64,000 nt of DNA from Eledone cirrhosa (lineage: Eukaryota): assembly GCA_964016885.1 (NCBI GenBank), contig OZ024740.1:59644001-59708000 (forward strand), written 5' to 3'. This document shows positions 26,501 through 40,238 of this stretch, one piece after another. The first letter of the stretch is position 1. Every line of letters begins with the position of its first letter. The notes beneath the pieces are model-generated. The model saw only the letters and a program-made list of their open reading frames with translations, made no database searches and was not told where the DNA came from. Position numbers and translations under genes: made by a program.

Positions 26501-29500
26501 CTGTAAAGTAGCTGTGTAGGTGTCATGACAAAAAGTACCCAGCCCACACTGTAAAGTAGCTGTGTAAGTGTCATAACAAAAAGTACCAAGCCTAAACTGT
26601 AAAGTAGTTGTGTAGGTGTCATGACAAAAAGTACCCAGCCTAAACTGTAAAGTGGTAGTGTGTAGGTGTCATGACAAAAATACCCAGCCCACACTGTAAA
26701 GTAGCTGTGTAGGTGTCATAACAAAAAGTACCCAGCCCACACTGTAAAGTAGCTGTGTAGGTGTCACGACAAGAAGTACGCAGCCCACACTGTAAAGTAG
26801 TTGTGTAGGTGTCACGACAAAAAGCACCCAGTCCACACTGTAAAGTAGCTGTGTAGGTGTCACGACAAAAAGTACGCAGCCCACACTGTAAAGTAGCTGT
26901 GTAGGTGTCATAACAAAAAGTACCCAGCCCACACTGTAAAGTAGCTGTGTAGGTGTCATGACAAAAAGTACGCAGCCCACACTGTAAAGTAGTTGTGTAG
27001 GTGTCACGACAAAAAGCACCCAGTCCACACTGTAAAGTAGCTGTGTAGGTGTCATGACAAAAAGTACCCAGTCCACACTGTAAAGTAGTTGTGTAGGTGT
27101 CATAACAAAAATACCCAGTCCACACTGTAAAGTAGCTGTGTAGGTGTCACGACAAAAAGTACCCAGCCCACACTGTAAAGTAGCTGTGTAGGTGTCACGA
27201 CAAAAAGTACCCAGCCCACACTGTAAAGTAGTTGTGTAGGTGTCATGACAATAAGTACCCAGTCCACACTGTAAAGTAGCTGTGTAGGTGTCACGACAAA
27301 AAGTACCTAGCCCACACTGTAAAGTAGTTGTGTAAGTCTCACGACAAAAAGTACCCAGCCCACACTGTAAAGTAGTTGTGTAGGTCTCACGACAAAAAGT
27401 ACCCAGCCCACACTGTAAAGTAGTTGTGTAGGTGTCACGACAAAAAGTACCCAGCCCACACTGTAAAGTAGTTGTGTAGGTCTCACGACAAAAAGCACCC
27501 AGTCCACACTGTAAAGTAGTTGTGTAGGTCTCACGACAAAAAGTACCCAGCCCACACTGTAAAGTAGTTGTGTAGGTGTCACGACAAAAAGCACCCAGTC
27601 CACACTGTAAAGTAGTTGTGTAGGTGTCACGACAAAAAGCACCCAGTCCACACTGTAAAGTAGTTGTGTAGGTGTCACGACAAAAAGTACGCAGCCCACA
27701 CTGTAAAGTAGCTGTGTAGGTGTCATGACAAAAAGTACCCAGTTAACACTGTAAAGTAGCTGTGTAGGTGTCATGACAAAAAGTACCCAGTCCACACTGT
27801 AAAGTAGCTGTGTAAGTGTCATGACAAAAAGTACGCAGCCCACACTGTAAAGTAGTTGTGTAGGTGTCATGACAAAAAGTACCCAGTCCACACTGTAAAG
27901 TAGTTGTGTAGGTGTCATGACAAAAAGCATCCAGTCCACACGGTAAAGTAGCTGTGTAGGTGTCATGACAAAAAGTACCCAGCCCACAGTGTAAAGTAGC
28001 TGTGTAGGTGTCATGACAAAAAGTACCCAGCCCACACTGTAAAGTAGTTGTGTAGGTGTCACGACAAAAAGCACCCAGCTCACACTGTAAAGTAGCTATG
28101 TAGGTGTCATGACAAAAAGTACCCAGCCCACACTGTAAAGTAGTTTTGTAGGTGTCACGACAAAAAGCACCCAGCTCACACTGTAAAGTAGTTGTGTAGG
28201 TGTCATGACAAAAAGTACCCAGCCCACACTGTAAAGTAGTTGTGTAGGTGTCATGACAAAAAGTACCCAGCCCACACTGTAAAGTAGTTGTGTAGGTGTC
28301 ATGACAAAAAGTACCCAGTCCACACTGTAAAGTAGCTGTGTAGGTGTCATGACAAAAAGTACCCAGCCCACACTGTAAAGTAGTTGTGTAGGTGTCATGA
28401 CAAAAAGCACCCAGTCCACACTGTAAAGTAGTTGTGTAGGTGTCATGACAAAAAGCACCCAGCCCACACTGTAAAGTAGTTGTGTAGGTGTCATGACAAA
28501 AAGCACCCAGTCCACACTGTAAAGTAGTTGTGTAGGTGTCATGACAAAAAGCACCCAGTCCACACTGTAAAGTAGTTGTGTAGGTGTCATGACAAAAAGT
28601 ACCCAGTCCATACTGTAAAGTAGCTGTGTAGGTGTCATGACAAAAAGTACCCAGCCTACACTGTAAAGTAGCTGTGTAGGTGTCACGACAAAAAGTACCC
28701 AGCCCACACTGTAAAGTAGTTGTGTAGGTGTCACGACAAAAAGCACGCAGCCCACACTGTAAAGTAGTTGTGTAGGTGTCATGACAAAAAGTACCCAGTC
28801 CACACTGTAAAGTAGCTGTGTAGGTGTCATGACAAAAAGTACCCAGCCCACACTGTAAAGTAGCTGTGTAGGTGTCATAACAAAAAGTACCCAGCCTAAA
28901 CTGTAAAGTAGTTGTGGAGGTGTCATGACAAAAAGTACCCAGTCCACACTGTAAAGTAGTTTTGTAGGTGTCATGACAAAAAGTACCCAGCCTAAACTGT
29001 AAAGTGGTAGTGTGTAGGTGTCATGACAAAAATACCCAGCCCACACTGTAAAGTAGCTGTGTAGGTGTCATAACAAAAAGTACCCAGCCCACACTGTAAA
29101 GTAGCTGTGTAGGTGTCACGACAAAAAGTACGCAGCCCACACTGTAAAGTAGTTGTGTAGGTGTCATGACAAAAAGCACCCAGCCCACACTGTAAAGTAG
29201 CTGTGTAGGTGTCATGACAAAAAGTACGCAGCCCACACTGTAAAGTAGTTGTGTAGGTGTCACGACAAAAAGCACCCAGTCCACACTGTAAAGTAGCTGT
29301 GTAGGTGTCACGACAAAAAGTACGCAGCCCACACTGTAAAGTAGCTGTGTAGGTGTCATAACAAAAAGTACCCAGCCCACACTGTAAAGTAGCTGTGTAG
29401 GTGTCATGACAAAAAGTACGCAGCCCACACTGTAAAGTAGTTGTGTAGGTGTCACGACAAAAAGCACCCAGTCCACACTGTAAAGTAGCTGTGTAGGTGT

Positions 29501-32500
29501 CATGACAAAAAGTACCCAGTCCACACTGTAAAGTAGTTGTGTAGGTGTCATAACAAAAAGTACCCAGCCCACACTGTAAAGTAGTTGTGTAGGTCTCACG
29601 ACAAAAAGCACCCAGTCCACACTGTAAAGTAGCTGTGTATGTGTCATAACAAAAAGTACCCAGTCCACACTGTAAAGTAGTTGTGTAGGTGTCATAACAA
29701 AAAGTACCCAGCCCACACTGTAAAGTAGTTGTGTAGGTCTCACGACAAAAAGCACCCAGTCCACACTGTAAAGTAGTTGTGTAGGTCTCACGACAAAAAG
29801 TACCCAGCCCACACTGTAAAGTAGTTGTGTAGGTGTCATGACAAAAAGTACCCAGTCCACACTGTAAAGTAGTTGTGTAGGTGTCATAACAAAAAGTACC
29901 CAGTCCACACTGTAAAGTAGCTGTGTAGGTGTCACGACAAAAAGTACCCAGCCCACACTGTAAAGTAGTTGTGTAGGTGTCACGACAAAAAGTACCCAGC
30001 CCACACTGTAAAGTAGTTGTGTAGGTGTCATGACAATAAGTACCCAGTCCACACTGTAAAGTAGCTGTGTAGGTGTCACGACAAAAAGTACCCAGCCCAC
30101 ACTGTAAAGTAGTTGTGTAAGTCTCACGACAAAAAGTACCCAGCCCACACTGTAAAGTAGTTGTGTAGGTCTCACGACAAAAAGTACCCAGCCCACACTG
30201 TAAAGTAGTTGTGTAGGTGTCACGACAAAAAGTACCCAGCCGACACTGTAAAGTAGTTGTGTAGGTCTCACGACAAAAAGCACCCAGTCCACACTGTAAA
30301 GTAGTTGTGTAGGTCTCACGACAAAAAGTACCCAGCCCACACTGTAAAGTAGTTGTGTAGGTGTCACGACAAAAAGCACCCAGTCCACACTGTAAAGTAG
30401 CTGTGTAGGTGTCATGACAAAAAGTACCCAGCCCACACTGTAAAGTAGCTGTGTAGGTGTCATGACAAAAAGTACCCAGCCTACACTGTAAAGTAGCTGT
30501 GTAGGTGTCACGACAAAAAGTACCCAGGCCACACTGTAAAGTTGTTGTGTAGGTGTCACGACAAAAAGCACCCAGCCCACACTGTAAAGTAGTTGTGTAG
30601 GTGTCATGACAAAAAGTACCCAGTCCACACTGTAAAGTAGCTGTGTAGGTGTCATGACAAAAAGTACCCAGCCCACACTGTAAAGTAGCTGTGTAGGTGT
30701 CATAACAAAAAGTACCAAGCCTAAACTGTAAAGTAGTTGTGTAGGTGTCACGACAAAAAGCACCCAGCCCACACTGTAAAGTAGTTGTGTAGGTGTCACG
30801 ACAAAAAGCACCCAGTCCACACTGTAAAGTAGTTGTGTAGGTGTCACGACAAAATGCACCCAGCCCACACTGTAAAGTAGTTGTGTAGGTGTCATGACAA
30901 AAAGTACCCAGCCTAAACTGTAAAGTGGTAGTGTGTAGGTGTCATGACAAAAATACCCAGCCCACACTGTAAAGTAGCTGTGTAGGTGTCATAACAAAAA
31001 GTACCCAGCCCACACTGTAAAGTAGCTGTGTAGGTGTCACGACAAAAAGTACGCAGCCCACACTGTAAAGTAGTTGTGTAGGTGTCATGACAAAAAGCAC
31101 CCAGCCCACACTGTAAAGTAGCTGTGTAGGTGTCATGACAAAAAGTACGCAGCCCACACTGTAAAGTAGTTGTGTAGGTGTCACGACAAAAAGCACCCAG
31201 TCCACACTGTAAAGTAGCTGTGTAGGTGTCACGACAAAAAGTACGCAGCCCACACTGTAAAGTAGCTGTGTAGGTGTCATAACAAAAAGTACCCAGCCCA
31301 CACTGTAAAGTAGCTGTGTAGGTGTCATGACAAAAAGTACGCAGCCCACACTGTAAAGTAGTTGTGTAGGTGTCACGACAAAAAGCACCCAGTCCACACT
31401 GTAAAGTAGCTGTGTAGGTGTCATGACAAAAAGTACCCAGTCCACACTGTAAAGTAGTTGTGTAGGTGTCATAACAAAAAGTACCCAGCCCACACTGTAA
31501 AGTAGTTGTGTAGGTCTCACGACAAAAAGCACCCAGTCCACACTGTAAAGTAGCTGTGTATGTGTCATAACAAAAAGTACCCAGTCCACACTGTAAAGTA
31601 GTTGTGTAGGTGTCATAACAAAAAGTACCCAGCCCACACTGTAAAGTAGTTGTGTAGATCTCACGACAAAAAGCACCCAGTCCACACTGTAAAGTAGTTG
31701 TGTAGGTCTCACGACAAAAAGTACCCAGCCCACACTGTAAAGTAGTTGTGTAGGTGTCATGACAAAAAGTACCCAGTCCACACTGTAAAGTAGTTGTGTA
31801 GGTGTCATAACAAAAAGTACCCAGTCCACACTGTAAAGTAGCTGTGTAGGTGTCACGACAAAAAGTACCCAGCCCACACTGTAAAGTAGCTGTGTAGGTG
31901 TCACGACAAAAAGTACCCAGCCCACACTGTAAAGTAGTTGTGTAGGTGTCATGACAATAAGTACCCAGTCCACACTGTAAAGTAGCTGTGTAGGTGTCAC
32001 GACAAAAAGTACCTAGCCCACACTGTAAAGTAGTTGTGTAAGTCTCACGACAAAAAGTACCCAGCCCACACTGTAAAGTAGTTGTGTAGGTGTCACGACA
32101 AAAAGTACCCAGCCCACACTGTAAAGTAGTTGTGTAGGTGTCACGACAAAAAGTACCCAGCCCACACTGTAAAGTAGTTGTGTAGGTCTCACGACAAAAA
32201 GCACCCAGTCCACACTGTAAAGTAGTTGTGTAGGTCTCACGACAAAAAGTACCCAGCCCACACTGTAAAGTAGTTGTGTAGGTGTCACGACAAAAAGCAC
32301 CCAGTCCACACTGTAAAGTAGCTGTGTAGGTGTCATGACAAAAAGTACCCAGCCCACACTGTAAAGTAGCTGTGTAGGTGTCACGACAAAAAGTACCCAG
32401 GCCACACTGTAAAGTTGTTGTGTAGGTGTCACGACAAAAAGCACCCAGCCCACACTGTAAAGTAGTTGTGTAGGTGTCATGACAAAAAGTACCCAGTCCA

Positions 32501-35500
32501 CACTGTAAAGTAGCTGTGTAGGTGTCATGACAAAAAGTACCCAGCCCACACTGTAAAGTAGCTGTGTAGGTGTCATAACAAAAAGTACCAAGCCTAAACT
32601 GTAAAGTAGTTGTGTAGGTGTCACGACAAAAAGCACCCAGCCCACACTGTAAAGTAGTTGTGTAGGTGTCACGACAAAAAGCACCCAGTCCACACTGTAA
32701 AGTAGCTGTGTAGGTGTCATAACAAAAAGTACCCAGCCCACACTGTAAAGTAGCTGTGTAGGTGTCACGACAAGAAGTACGCAGCCCACACTGTAAAGTA
32801 GTTGTGTAGGTGTCACGACAAAAAGCACCCAGTCCACACTGTAAAGTAGCTGTGTAGGTGTCACGACAAAAAGTACGCAGCCCACACTGTAAAGTAGCTG
32901 TGTAGGTGTCATAACAAAAAGTACCCAGCCCACACTGTAAAGTAGTTGTGTAGGTGTCATGACAAAAAGTACCCAGTCCACACTGTAAAGTAGCTGTGTA
33001 GGTGTCATGACAAAAAGTACCCAGCCCACACTGTAAAGTAGCTGTGTAGGTGTCATAACAAAAAGTACCAAGCCTAAACTGTAAAGTAGTTGTGTAGGTG
33101 TCACGACAAAAAGCACCCAGCCCACACTGTAAAGTAGTTGTGTAGGTGTCACGACAAAAAGCACCCAGCCCACACTGTAAAGTAGTTGTGTAGGTGTCAT
33201 GACAAAAAGTACCCAGCCTAAACTGTAAAGTGGTAGTGTGTAGGTGTCATGACAAAAAGTACCCAGCCCACACTGTAAAGTAGCTGTGTAGGTGTCATAA
33301 CAAAAAGTACCCAGCCCACACTGTAAAGTAGTTGTGTAGGTGTCATGACAAAAAGTACCCAGTCCACACTGTAAAGTAGCTGTGTAGGTGTCATGACAAA
33401 AAGTACCCAGCCCACACTGTAAAGTAGCTGTGTAGGTGTCATAACAAAAAGTACCAAGCCTAAACTGTAAAGTAGTTGTGTAGGTGTCACGACAAAAAGC
33501 ACCCAGCCCACACTGTAAAGTAGTTGTGTAGGTGTCACGACAAAAAGCACCCAGCCCACACTGTAAAGTAGTTGTGTAGGTGTCATGACAAAAAGTACCC
33601 AGCCTAAACTGTAAAGTGGTAGTGTGTAGGTGTCATGACAAAAATACCCAGCCCACACTGTAAAGTAGCTGTGTAGGTGTCATAACAAAAAGTACCCAGC
33701 CCACACTGTAAAGTAGCTGTGTAGGTGTCACGACAAAAAGTACGCAGCCCACACTGTAAAGTAGTTGTGTAGGTGTCATGACAAAAAGCACCCAGCCCAC
33801 ACTGTAAAGTAGCTGTGTAGGTGTCATGACAAAAAGTACGCAGCCCACACTGTAAAGTAGTTGTGTAGGTGTCACGACAAAAAGCACCCAGTCCACACTG
33901 TAAAGTAGCTGTGTAGGTGTCACGACAAAAAGTACGCAGCCCACACTGTAAAGTAGCTGTGTAGGTGTCATAACAAAAAGTACCCAGCCCACACTGTAAA
34001 GTAGCTGTGTAGGTGTCATGACAAAAAGTACGCAGCCCACACTGTAAAGTAGTTGTGTAGGTGTCACGACAAAAAGCACCCAGTCCACACTGTAAAGTAG
34101 CTGTGTAGGTGTCATGACAAAAAGTACCCAGTCCACACTGTAAAGTAGTTGTGTAGGTGTCATAACAAAAAGTACCCAGCCCACACTGTAAAGTAGTTGT
34201 GTAGGTCTCACGACAAAAAGCACCCAGTCCACACTGTAAAGTAGCTGTGTATGTGTCATAACAAAAAGTACCCAGTCCACACTGTAAAGTAGTTGTGTAG
34301 GTGTCATAACAAAAAGTACCCAGCCCACACTGTAAAGTAGTTGTGTAGATCTCACGACAAAAAGCACCCAGTCCACACTGTAAAGTAGTTGTGTAGGTCT
34401 CACGACAAAAAGTACCCAGCCCACACTGTAAAGTAGTTGTGTAGGTGTCATGACAAAAAGTACCCAGTCCACACTGTAAAGTAGTTGTGTAGGTGTCATA
34501 ACAAAAAGTACCCAGTCCACACTGTAAAGTAGCTGTGTAGGTGTCACGACAAAAAGTACCCAGCCCACACTGTAAAGTAGCTGTGTAGGTGTCACGACAA
34601 AAAGTACCCAGCCCACACTGTAAAGTAGTTGTGTAGGTGTCATGACAATAAGTACCCAGTCCACACTGTAAAGTAGCTGTGTAGGTGTCACGACAAAAAG
34701 TACCTAGCCCACACTGTAAAGTAGTTGTGTAAGTCTCACGACAAAAAGTACCCAGCCCACACTGTAAAGTAGTTGTGTAGGTGTCACGACAAAAAGTACC
34801 CAGCCCACACTGTAAAGTAGTTGTGTAGGTGTCACGACAAAAAGTACCCAGCCCACACTGTAAAGTAGTTGTGTAGGTCTCACGACAAAAAGCACCCAGT
34901 CCACACTGTAAAGTAGTTGTGTAGGTCTCACGACAAAAAGTACCCAGCCCACACTGTAAAGTAGTTGTGTAGGTGTCACGACAAAAAGCACCCAGTCCAC
35001 ACTGTAAAGTAGCTGTGTAGGTGTCATGACAAAAAGTACCCAGCCCACACTGTAAAGTAGCTGTGTAGGTGTCATGACAAAAAGTACCCAGCCTACACTG
35101 TAAAGTAGCTGTGTAGGTGTCACGACAAAAAGTACCCAGGCCACACTGTAAAGTTGTTGTGTAGGTGTCACGACAAAAAGCACCCAGCCCACACTGTAAA
35201 GTAGTTGTGTAGGTGTCATGACAAAAAGTACCCAGTCCACACTGTAAAGTAGCTGTGTAGGTGTCATGACAAAAAGTACCCAGCCCACACTGTAAAGTAG
35301 CTGTGTAGGTGTCATAACAAAAAGTACCAAGCCTAAACTGTAAAGTAGTTGTGTAGGTGTCACGACAAAAAGCACCCAGCCCACACTGTAAAGTAGTTGT
35401 GTAGGTGTCACGACAAAAAGCACCCAGTCCACACTGTAAAGTAGCTGTGTAGGTGTCATAACAAAAAGTACCCAGCCCACACTGTAAAGTAGCTGTGTAG

Positions 35501-37137
35501 GTGTCACGACAAGAAGTACGCAGCCCATACTGTAAAGTAGTTGTGTAGGTGTCACGACAAAAAGCACCCAGTCCACACTGTAAAGTAGCTGTGTAGGTGT
35601 CACGACAAAAAGTACGCAGCCCACACTGTAAAGTAGCTGTGTAGGTGTCATAACAAAAAGTACCCAGCCCCCACTGTAAAGTAGCTGTGTAGGTGTCATG
35701 ACAAAAAGTACGCAGCCCACACTGTAAAGTAGTTGTGTAGGTGTCACGACAAAAAGCACCCAGTCCACACTGTAAAGTAGCTGTGTAGGTGTCATGACAA
35801 AAAGTACCCAGTCCACACTGTAAAGTAGTTGTGTAGGTGTCATAACAAAAATACCCAGTCCACACTGTAAAGTAGCTGTGTAGGTGTCACGACAAAAAGT
35901 ACCCAGCCCACACTGTAAAGTAGCTGTGTAGGTGTCACGACAAAAAGTACCCAGCCCACACTGTAAAGTAGTTGTGTAGGTGTCATGACAATAAGTACCC
36001 AGTCCACACTGTAAAGTAGCTGTGTAGGTGTCACGACAAAAAGTACCTAGCCCACACTGTAAAGTAGTTGTGTAAGTCTCACGACAAAAAGTACCCAGCC
36101 CACACTGTAAAGTAGTTGTGTAGGTCTCACGACAAAAAGTACCCAGCCCACACTGTAAAGTAGTTGTGTAGGTGTCACGACAAAAAGTACCCAGCCCACA
36201 CTGTAAAGTAGTTGTGTAGGTCTCACGACAAAAAGCACCCAGTCCACACTGTAAAGTAGTTGTGTAGGTCTCACGACAAAAAGTACCCAGCCCACACTGT
36301 AAAGTAGTTGTGTAGGTGTCACGACAAAAAGCACCCAGTCCACACTGTAAAGTAGTTGTGTAGGTGTCACGACAAAAAGCACCCAGTCCACACTGTAAAG
36401 TAGTTGTGTAGGTGTCACGACAAAAAGTACGCAGCCCACACTGTAAAGTAGCTGTGTAGGTGTCATGACAAAAAGTACCCAGTTAACACTGTAAAGTAGC
36501 TGTGTAGGTGTCATGACAAAAAGTACCCAGTCCACACTGTAAAGTAGCTGTGTAAGTGTCATGACAAAAAGTACGCAGCCCACACTGTAAAGTAGCTGTG
36601 TAGGTGTCATGACAATAAGTACCCAGCCCACACTGTAAAGTAGCTGTGTAGGTGTCATGACAATAAGTACCCAGTCCATACTGTAAAGTAGCTGTGTAGG
36701 TGTCATGACAAAAAGTACCCAGTCCACACTGTAAAGTAGTTGTGTAGGTGTCATGACAAAAAGTACCCAGTCCACACTGTAAAGTAGCTGTGTAGGTGTC
36801 ATGACAAAAAGTACCCAGTCCACACTGTAAAGTAGTTGTGTAGGTGTCATGACAAAAAGTACCCAGTCCACACTATAAAGTAGTTGTGTAGATGTCATGA
36901 CAAAAAGTACCCAGTCCACACTGTAAAGTAGTTGTGTAGGTGTCATGACAAAAAGTACCCAGTCCATACTGTAAAAGTGATTGGCATTAGGAAGGGCATC
37001 CAGCTGTAGAAACCAAGTCAAAATCAGTTCTGTATGAGCAAGATATAATCACCTGACTAAGTATTTCTCACAACAGACAACTCGTCTAACCCATGCTAGC
37101 ATGGAAAAATGGATGTTAAACGGTGATGATGATGATA
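20600..37137 (+). mobile_element. RTE-related 3' region hosting the satellite
   Basis: Left flank ctcccatgaggacaggctgaagcata (~20612) resembles the subfamily A ORF end cctcccatgggtacatgctgaagcata (590-616). Right flank 36976-37137 is the standard taggaagggcatccagctgtagaaa...ccatgctagcatggaaaaatggatgttaaa(GAT)n terminus. Confidence 0.8.
20705..36975. repeat. 48-bp tandem satellite/minisatellite, ~339 units (consensus gtgtaggtgtcaygacaaaaagyacccagyccacactgtaaagtagyt)
   Basis: Continuous periodicity over ~16.27 kb (16271/48 = ~339); variation is limited to a handful of positions. Confidence 0.99.
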
Positions 37138-37334
37138 TAGATGTATAAGGTGTCTGTGTTTCTGTCTGCATTTTATTCATCACCACCATCATCATCATCA
37201 ACAGTAAATTCTTACAGAATATTTTCATGGCTCCATTGTATCCCAGCAAATTTATGAGGTGTAGGTGGTGAATTCAGAGATATTCTTCAACATTTTTTAA
37301 AAGCTTATATATATGTGTGGGAGGTTACCAATGT

Positions 37335-37377
37335 GAGAGAGAGAGAGTGTGTGTGTGTGTGTAGGTGTGTGTGCGTG

Positions 37378-37438
<61 letters not shown>

Positions 37439-37503
37439 ATGCGTGTACACGTGCATGTGTGTGGGTGTGTATTTATGTGTGTACACATGCACGTGTTTGT
37501 GTG
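37335..37503. repeat. (AG)/(GT)n microsatellite
   Basis: Directly visible. Confidence 0.95.
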
Positions 37504-37815
37504 TATTTCAGGGTCTTGTATTATGGGTGTGTTGCATACCAACCAAAAAATGCTAAATTTTTGTTATAATAATTTTGTTCTTACAGTATTCTGATATATT
37601 ATCTGGTCATAATTTGTTTTAAAATCTAATAATACACTCAAGGAAGCAAAAATGAAGTCAGGTTTATGTCATATTATTATGTATAGAAATAGCCTAAAGT
37701 TTTATATGTTTATACTTATGCTAGAGTAGTAGCTCAACACGGTAGCACATCTTAGACAACAACCACCATACAGAAGCCAGTACGTTTGTGTATATGTGTA
37801 TGTATATGTCTGTGT

Positions 37816-37847
<32 letters not shown>

Positions 37848-38144
37848 CTTTGTTGTGTTTCCAAAAACACATGTATATTAAGGCTTAAGGTTTCCCTTAG
37901 CCTAAACATACCAGGAATGTTTAGTTTGTGGGTCATTACCAACTATCTTCCCCCATGTCTGACTTGATGTTTCTCATGTCAGTAGGCTGCTGGCTGATGT
38001 GAGCTGACTGAGGAGAGGGTGGATGGGTAGGTGGTGTTCTTATCAACATTAACAATATCTTCATCTTAATTAACTTCAACAGACAGTTTGAATGCAAGTT
38101 GTGACTGTCAGATTTGGTTCTCTACCAAAGCTCAGACATAGGAC

Positions 38145-38460
38145 TTATCATCACCTTCATCCCCATCATCCCCATCATCATCATCATTATTTTTATCACC
38201 TTCATGATGATTATTATTGTCATCATCCTCCACTTCCTAATAATTAACACCACAGCAAACGCCCACCCAACACCAACAACAACATCCCTACCACTATTAT
38301 CATCATCATCTTCATTGTCATCATTCTCTTCAATATCATCATGAATACTACCACACCCACCTGCTCACCCATCATCATCATCATCAACACCTCTACTACC
38401 ACTACCAACCAGACACCCACCCACCACCATCACCACCACCATTTTATCATTACCACCACA
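38145..38460. repeat. CAT/CAC/CAA low-complexity tract
   Basis: Directly visible. Confidence 0.85.
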
Positions 38461-38664
38461 GTCTTTATCAGCATTGAGTAACTCCACCAGGCTGAGTATC
38501 GATATGGTAGATTGTCTTGCTAGAAACAGCAGCAAAATTTTGCTTAAATCACACCCTACAATTTTATAAAAAAGAGCATGTTGAATAATGTGTTTCTTGT
38601 TTCCCTACAGATTAGAAAAAACATGGCTGGTTATGGTTCAAATGCTTTTGATCATAGATTGGGA

Positions 38665-38893
38665 TTAACCCTTTAGCATTTACATTACTCTATATTTACT
38701 ATTGTATTTTCATGGTAAAGGCTTTACCTCACATAATTATCTCACATAATATCGAATCTACGAGATTTGGATATTATTTATTTTGAGAACAACACTTTCA
38801 CATCAGTATGAGAGGCCTGCTACGGCTGGTTTGAAGAGAAAGAGGTGAGAGAATTCTGGCCAGATATGGCTGGTTTAAATGCTAGATGGTTAA
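38665..38893 (-). mobile_element. piggyBac-type MITE (~225 bp)
   Basis: TTAA at both ends, TIR ccctttagcattta / taaatgctagatgg; inverted relative to the other copies. Confidence 0.8.
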
Positions 38894-38934
38894 ACAATTC
38901 CATCAGAAACAAGCCAATAAAGGAACCTCTACAC

Positions 38935-39153
38935 CAGGGTTTCCTAACCTGGGCAATATCACCCACCGATAGATGATTTCAACTGTTGGGTGGGCATTGA
39001 GCAACTGAACAGAAAATGGTGGGCGATTAGAACTTTTAATGGACAATATAAGATATTTGATATTAAGAAGATATTTCAACATATGGTAGAGAGTGTTGGT
39101 AAATTTGTCCATGTGGAAGTGGACGAAAACTCAAAAAAGGTTGGGAACCCCTG
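38935..39153. mobile_element. hAT (Charlie-like) MITE
   Basis: TIRs cagggtttcctaacct / aggttgggaacccctg with a perfect 8-bp TSD ctctacac (38927-38934 and 39154-39161). Confidence 0.88.
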
Positions 39154-39293
39154 CTCTACACAGTCAATGAAACTGCTAAAAATAGAAACCAAAGTCCCTT
39201 AAATCATACCATACCATTTTTTTTTGAAGGACACATTGACTAATAAAATGACAAGAAAGTGGTCATGGCCAGGACACCTCTAAAAATATCAGT

Positions 39294-39520
39294 TTAACGC
39301 TTTAGCATTTAAACCCTCCGTATCTGGCCAGAATTTTGTCACCTCCTTCTGTTCAAACCAGCCGGTTACGGCTGTTCATACTTATGTTAAGGTATTGTTT
39401 TCAAAATAAATAGCATCTAAATTTCATAGATTTGGTATTATGTGAGATAATTGTGAGGTAAAGCTTTTATTGTGAAAATATAATAGTAAATATAGAGTAA
39501 TGTAAATACTAAAGGGTTAA
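39294..39520 (+). mobile_element. piggyBac-type MITE copy
   Basis: ttaacgctttagcattta ... taaatactaaagggttaa. Confidence 0.82.
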
Positions 39521-39814
39521 TCATAGCTGATGTGGGTCAAAGCTATAACTCCACCAATCGTCATCACCATTATCGGCTTCATCAACACCAATGCCATCAT
39601 CAGTCACTGTCATCATGATTATTATATTACTAATTTTAGAGGGAACCTCTATGAGGTCGCATGATTTGCTAGAAATAACACCAACATTTCCATCAAATTG
39701 TTTGACAATACTCCTGAAATATACCAAATGACAAGATGGTCACAGTTGGAGTACTTTGCTTTTGATCATAGGTTAGCTCGATCTGACCTGAACTGGGGTT
39801 AAATATCAACAACG

Positions 39815-40157
39815 TAATCCCCACAACCACCATCATCACTAACACCACCACCACCATCACCATTACCAACACAACCAGCCTCATCTCCACCACCACCACC
39901 ATTGCCAGCAGTGTCATCATCATTATCATTGCATTACTAACACCATCACAATCAACCTCATCATACTAACACTATCACCACCTTCCCCATCATCTCCACC
40001 ACTATTATCATCATCTCCTCACTGCCACCACCACCATTTCCAGTATCATTAACATCATCATCATAGTATTATTAACACCATCACAATCACCACCACCACC
40101 ACCACCACTACCATTACCAGTATCATTAACATCACCACAATCACCACCACCATCCCC

Positions 40158-40188
<31 letters not shown>

Positions 40189-40238
40189 GCAGCAGCAGCA
40201 GCAGCAGCAACAACAACAACAATAACAACAACAACAAT
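39815..40238. repeat. CAC/CAT low-complexity tract ending in (CAA)n(CAG)n(CAA)n
   Basis: Directly visible. Confidence 0.9.

Noticed and set aside
20705-36975. CRISPR-like array
   Set aside because: Units are contiguous with no unique spacers, there are no cas genes, and the context is eukaryotic.
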